36,814 bases of DNA from a virus (lineage: Duplodnaviria; Caudoviricetes), in the IMG/VR virus record IMGVR_UViG_3300020043_001081, positions 1-36,814 of that record; one strand, written 5' to 3'. The notes beneath the pieces were generated by a model. It saw only the letters and a program-made list of their open reading frames with translations. It was not told where the DNA came from and made no database searches. Below, in pieces: positions 34,105 to 36,814 of this stretch (position 1 is the first letter of the stretch; every line of letters begins with the position of its first letter). Both the position numbers and the translations under genes were made by a program.

Positions 34105-34473
34105 TTATTCATGTTTATTTCTATAATACTTTTCGGTTCTCTTTACATAATTCCAATGTCTGCACAGTTCACAACAATCATTTTTATTATCTTCATTTAA
34201 TATTGATTTACGTGTACGCAACGTATATCTACCGCAAGTACAACGCATAACCCATCTACCATTCTTATCTTTAGACATACCCAAAACAATTAATTGACCA
34301 CGTTTTATTCCTGCAAGATTTTCAGCATTAAGTGGAAGTTTTTTTGTAAGCAAAGGCAAATCACTATCAACATTAGTAACTTTTTTATTTGGGTTGTAAT
34401 GCTCTCCTTTACCAACTACTACAGCAGCAGTTTTATTAATTGGAACGCTTGTAAGAATATTATTTATCTTCAA
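34105..34473 (-). CDS. Cys-motif protein resembling the N-terminal module of HNH/AP2 endonucleases
   Basis: G.K.G.LIVLG...WVMRCTCG...CCELC; AT-rich; no nuclease domain. Confidence 0.55.
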   Translation of the reverse strand: MKINNILTSVPINKTAAVVVGKGEHYNPNKKVTNVDSDLPLLTKKLPLNAENLAGIKRGQLIVLGMSKDKNGRWVMRCTCGRYTLRTRKSILNEDNKNDCCELCRHWNYVKRTEKYYRNKHE

Positions 34474-34673
34474 AGCCAGTCTCCTTCATTCCCGCGATTT
34501 CCTAACGTCCATTGTTCCATACAATCTTTCTCTAGCAACTGAGCCGTTCTATCTCCGCGCTTTATGCGGACAATAGACAGATATTCAATGGCTTTATTCC
34601 TATCCTGAGTACGCCACTTTAAAACCTGTCTGACCTCGCAACGATGCCTATGTTGTTCGCTATTATCAGGCAC
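34470..34673 (-). CDS. Conserved hypothetical protein
   Basis: SEQHRHRCEVRQVL...KRG...L..D...QW..GNRG..GDW. Confidence 0.75.
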   Translation of the reverse strand: MPDNSEQHRHRCEVRQVLKWRTQDRNKAIEYLSIVRIKRGDRTAQLLEKDCMEQWTLGNRGNEGDWL

Positions 34674-35508
34674 TCAAGATTCTCCAAGCTGTTGCTGCAC
34701 ATAATGGAACTTGTCCATTTCCAATGGCTTTAAGTCTGTCCACCCTATCCACCATCCCATCAACCACTCTGTCCACAGGGGGTTCAACTTGCCACCATTG
34801 TGCAGACCCGATACTTGCTCCCCAAGATTCCCCTTGCCTCTGTCTTTCAATGCGTGACGAGAATCCTGTGCTTTGGGAGTCCCCCATTTGTGCATATTGC
34901 TCACCTGATCCCTGAGATTCGCAGGTTTGCTTCTGCCAGGTCTCGCTACTGTAGCTTCTTTCAATAATGCTGTTTCCGATTTTGGCGGTAGTTTGTCCAT
35001 CGTTGTTGGAGTTGCCCATTTTTCCGACGATCCAGATTCGCTCTCGTCTATGGTTTGCACCAATGTCGGCAGCAGATATAACTCCCCACCGACTGTCATA
35101 CCCCATCTTGGTAAGGTCTGCAAGGACTCGTTCAAGTCCTCTAGTAACGAGCATTGGACTGTTCTCCACGAATGCGTATCTTGGTCGTACCTCGCTAATA
35201 ATCCGTGCCATTTCTCGCCACATTCCACTTCGCTCTCCGTCAAGTCCATCTCCTTTTCCGGCAACTGAGATGTCTTGGCATGGAAACCCTCCAGATACAA
35301 CGTCAACAATTCCTCTCCACGGCTTTCCGTCAAAGGTTTGAACGTCATCCCAAATCGGGAAACTCGGGAGAATTTTGTCATTTTGTCTGGCTGCAAGTAT
35401 GCTTGCTGGATATGGCTCCCATTCAACGGCACAGACTGTTCGCCATCCGAGAAGTTTTCCCCCAAGTATTCCTCCACCAGCACCTGCGAAAAGAGCCAAC
35501 TCATGCAC
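34666..35508 (-). CDS. DNA cytosine-5 methyltransferase, catalytic (alpha) polypeptide
   Basis: Motifs I (LFAGAGG), IV (GFPCQDIS), VI (ENSP), VIII (RRERIWIVG) and X (LKAIGNGQVP); no motif IX in this frame; GTG start at 35508. Confidence 0.92.
   Translation of the reverse strand: MHELALFAGAGGGILGGKLLGWRTVCAVEWEPYPASILAARQNDKILPSFPIWDDVQTFDGKPWRGIVDVVSGGFPCQDISVAGKGDGLDGERSGMWREMARIISEVRPRYAFVENSPMLVTRGLERVLADLTKMGYDSRWGVISAADIGANHRRERIWIVGKMGNSNNDGQTTAKIGNSIIERSYSSETWQKQTCESQGSGEQYAQMGDSQSTGFSSRIERQRQGESWGASIGSAQWWQVEPPVDRVVDGMVDRVDRLKAIGNGQVPLCAATAWRILSA
34674..35504 (-). CDS. Overlapping-frame second (beta) polypeptide of the C5 methyltransferase
   Basis: 276 stop-free codons nested in the MTase gene; WATPTTMD and WGTPKAQD repeats; motif IX-like GKLNPLWTEWLMGW; ATG coupled to the helicase stop. 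Confidence 0.8.
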   Translation of the reverse strand: MSWLFSQVLVEEYLGENFSDGEQSVPLNGSHIQQAYLQPDKMTKFSRVSRFGMTFKPLTESRGEELLTLYLEGFHAKTSQLPEKEMDLTESEVECGEKWHGLLARYDQDTHSWRTVQCSLLEDLNESLQTLPRWGMTVGGELYLLPTLVQTIDESESGSSEKWATPTTMDKLPPKSETALLKEATVARPGRSKPANLRDQVSNMHKWGTPKAQDSRHALKDRGKGNLGEQVSGLHNGGKLNPLWTEWLMGWWIGWTDLKPLEMDKFHYVQQQLGES

Positions 35509-36496
35509 GAAAACTCCCTCTATTATCAAAGTCTATAGGCTGACCACCTTGAGTCTCAATAAATTGCTGTGAGTTATGCTCAAAGTACATCCCATAAAAC
35601 TCCTCAGCTTCACCATTTCGTTGCTTTTGGCACATTAGAAACATATCTGGCTGCTTCTCGTCATAGTCCTCATTGTTCCTACGAGCGTTCTCTTTCTTTT
35701 TATTACGCCAGACTAGGAATACGTTGTCCACCTGATCTGCGATGCTTCCAGACCCCTTTAAATCGGTTTTAGAGGGCTGTATTTCCTCAGACTGCAACTT
35801 GCGTATGTGGTGAACCAGATGGATATGTACGTGATGGTCTCTAGCCAATGCACATAACTCGTCAACGAATGACTTTTGCTCGTTTAATGAGTCCTCTGCG
35901 ACTACACACTTCATTAATGAGTCAATAAAGATATGTTTTATGCCTAGCTCAACAGCGCAATACCTAGCCATTGCTATCGTTTTCTGTGGAGTAGTAGAAC
36001 CTTGCTGGTCGTAAAGATAAAGATTCTCGTCAATGAAATTAGTAAACCGTCCTAAAACCCCACGAATGTAGCCTTCTTTGTCGTGAGTAAGAGGTACATT
36101 AATATTCTCACCTGCGAATTGTCGCAACATACGGACAATGGTAGTTACAGGTTTCATTTCGTATGAGGCAATGCATACCTTTAGGTTCTGTTTAATCAAA
36201 CCTAACGCTATTTGACCTGTTACAAGAGACTTACCGCCTCCATTAGAACCAGCATATACCGTGACCTCGCCTAACCTAAATTTAACGTCCTGATGCGTCT
36301 TAGACCACGGCATTACTGCATCATCAGTCTTTTGAGGATCAGTATAGTTTTGGTAAATCTCATCTAACCAGCTTGTCGCAGACTTAACCTGTGCCGATAA
36401 GTCACTAGCTTTTAGATACTTCTCAACGTCAATATCCTGAGATTTAATTATTTGACGATCTTCGTAAAGTCGTTCCGCTATTTGCTCAATGTGCAT
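35501..36496 (-). CDS. DnaB/T7 gp4-like SF4 replicative helicase
   Basis: Walker A GSNGGGKS, SYEM, Walker B IFIDSL, LVHHIRK, DLKGSGSIADQVDNV, KQRNGE; start ATG 36496. Confidence 0.92.
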   Translation of the reverse strand: MHIEQIAERLYEDRQIIKSQDIDVEKYLKASDLSAQVKSATSWLDEIYQNYTDPQKTDDAVMPWSKTHQDVKFRLGEVTVYAGSNGGGKSLVTGQIALGLIKQNLKVCIASYEMKPVTTIVRMLRQFAGENINVPLTHDKEGYIRGVLGRFTNFIDENLYLYDQQGSTTPQKTIAMARYCAVELGIKHIFIDSLMKCVVAEDSLNEQKSFVDELCALARDHHVHIHLVHHIRKLQSEEIQPSKTDLKGSGSIADQVDNVFLVWRNKKKENARRNNEDYDEKQPDMFLMCQKQRNGEAEEFYGMYFEHNSQQFIETQGGQPIDFDNRGSFRA

Positions 36497-36747
36497 TACT
36501 GCCCCCTTGCGCGTATAGCGGCGGCAATCCAACTAGCCGATACTTCCTCACCGTCATACTCTTTGTTTACTTCGTCGCACACCTTCGCACACGCTTCGCG
36601 CTCTGCTAATGCGCCAGCAACAAAAGCAGAGTAAGCAAGGCATTCCAATTCCGGACGCAGAACATCTGCTTGTTTTTCCTCGCTCCACACAGTCACGCCA
36701 TCAAGACCAGCCTCCCTCGCCATGCGGATAATGTCTTCGTTAGTCAT
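36496..36747 (-). CDS. Hypothetical modular phage protein
   Basis: DIIRMAREAG...AEREACAKVC...AAAIRARG module common in small phage ORFs. Confidence 0.75.
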   Translation of the reverse strand: MTNEDIIRMAREAGLDGVTVWSEEKQADVLRPELECLAYSAFVAGALAEREACAKVCDEVNKEYDGEEVSASWIAAAIRARGQ

Positions 36748-36814
36748 ATATTTTTCACAGCCTCCATTATTCTAGTTTGTGCTTTTTTCATCCTAGCTCT
36801 ATCTTCTTCCGATA
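36694..36814. repeat. 121-bp terminal direct repeat, copy 2
   Basis: Identical to positions 1-121. Confidence 0.97.

Noticed and set aside
34724-35572. Cluster of + strand ORFs opposite the C5 MTase
   Set aside because: Short, motif-less and without RBS; most likely a by-product of the coding constraints on the - strand.
36694-36814. Terminal repeat as a biological DTR or att site
   Set aside because: It is an exact 121-bp repeat that cuts through coding sequence, which is most simply an assembler overlap of a circular or permuted genome.
1-36814. tRNA genes, CRISPR arrays, stop-codon recoding
   Set aside because: No canonical tRNA or repeat-spacer array was seen by eye, and genes tile densely under the standard code with all three stop codons in use.

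Overview
The window appears to be a complete, circularly closed genome of a tailed dsDNA phage. Bases 1-121 recur exactly at 36694-36814, giving a unit length of 36,693 bp, and the gene order runs unbroken across the join. Morphology is probably podovirus-like: P22-type portal, scaffold, capsid, adaptor and tail nozzle, followed by several ejection-type proteins and no tape measure. A two-component spanin points to a Gram-negative host; a freshwater betaproteobacterium is my inference. A short + strand early operon (1982-5426) encodes an ERF annealing protein, an SSB, an HTH protein and a MazG-like protein. Almost everything else is on the - strand: lambdoid replication initiator with internal iterons, stand-alone primase-type Zn finger, DnaB-like helicase, C5 methyltransferase, nin-like nucleases, three small basic proteins, SAM methyltransferase and glycosyltransferases, terminase, head, tail, ejection proteins, an elaborate lysis cassette and a metallophosphoesterase. 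I recognised no integrase, tRNA, CRISPR array or reverse transcriptase. The most notable observations are: (1) a C5 methyltransferase apparently split over two fully overlapping reading frames; (2) a C4/CI-like antisense RNA leader in front of the replication operon; (3) an unexplained ~180-nt structured intergenic element between the methyltransferase and glycosyltransferase genes; (4) an ADP-ribosyltransferase-like gene next to terS; (5) a counter-oriented, very acidic DNA-mimic candidate; (6) an HNH gene flanked by a duplicated RBS/start and preceded by an RBS-sequestering hairpin. All protein assignments come from motif recognition by eye; no database searches were run.
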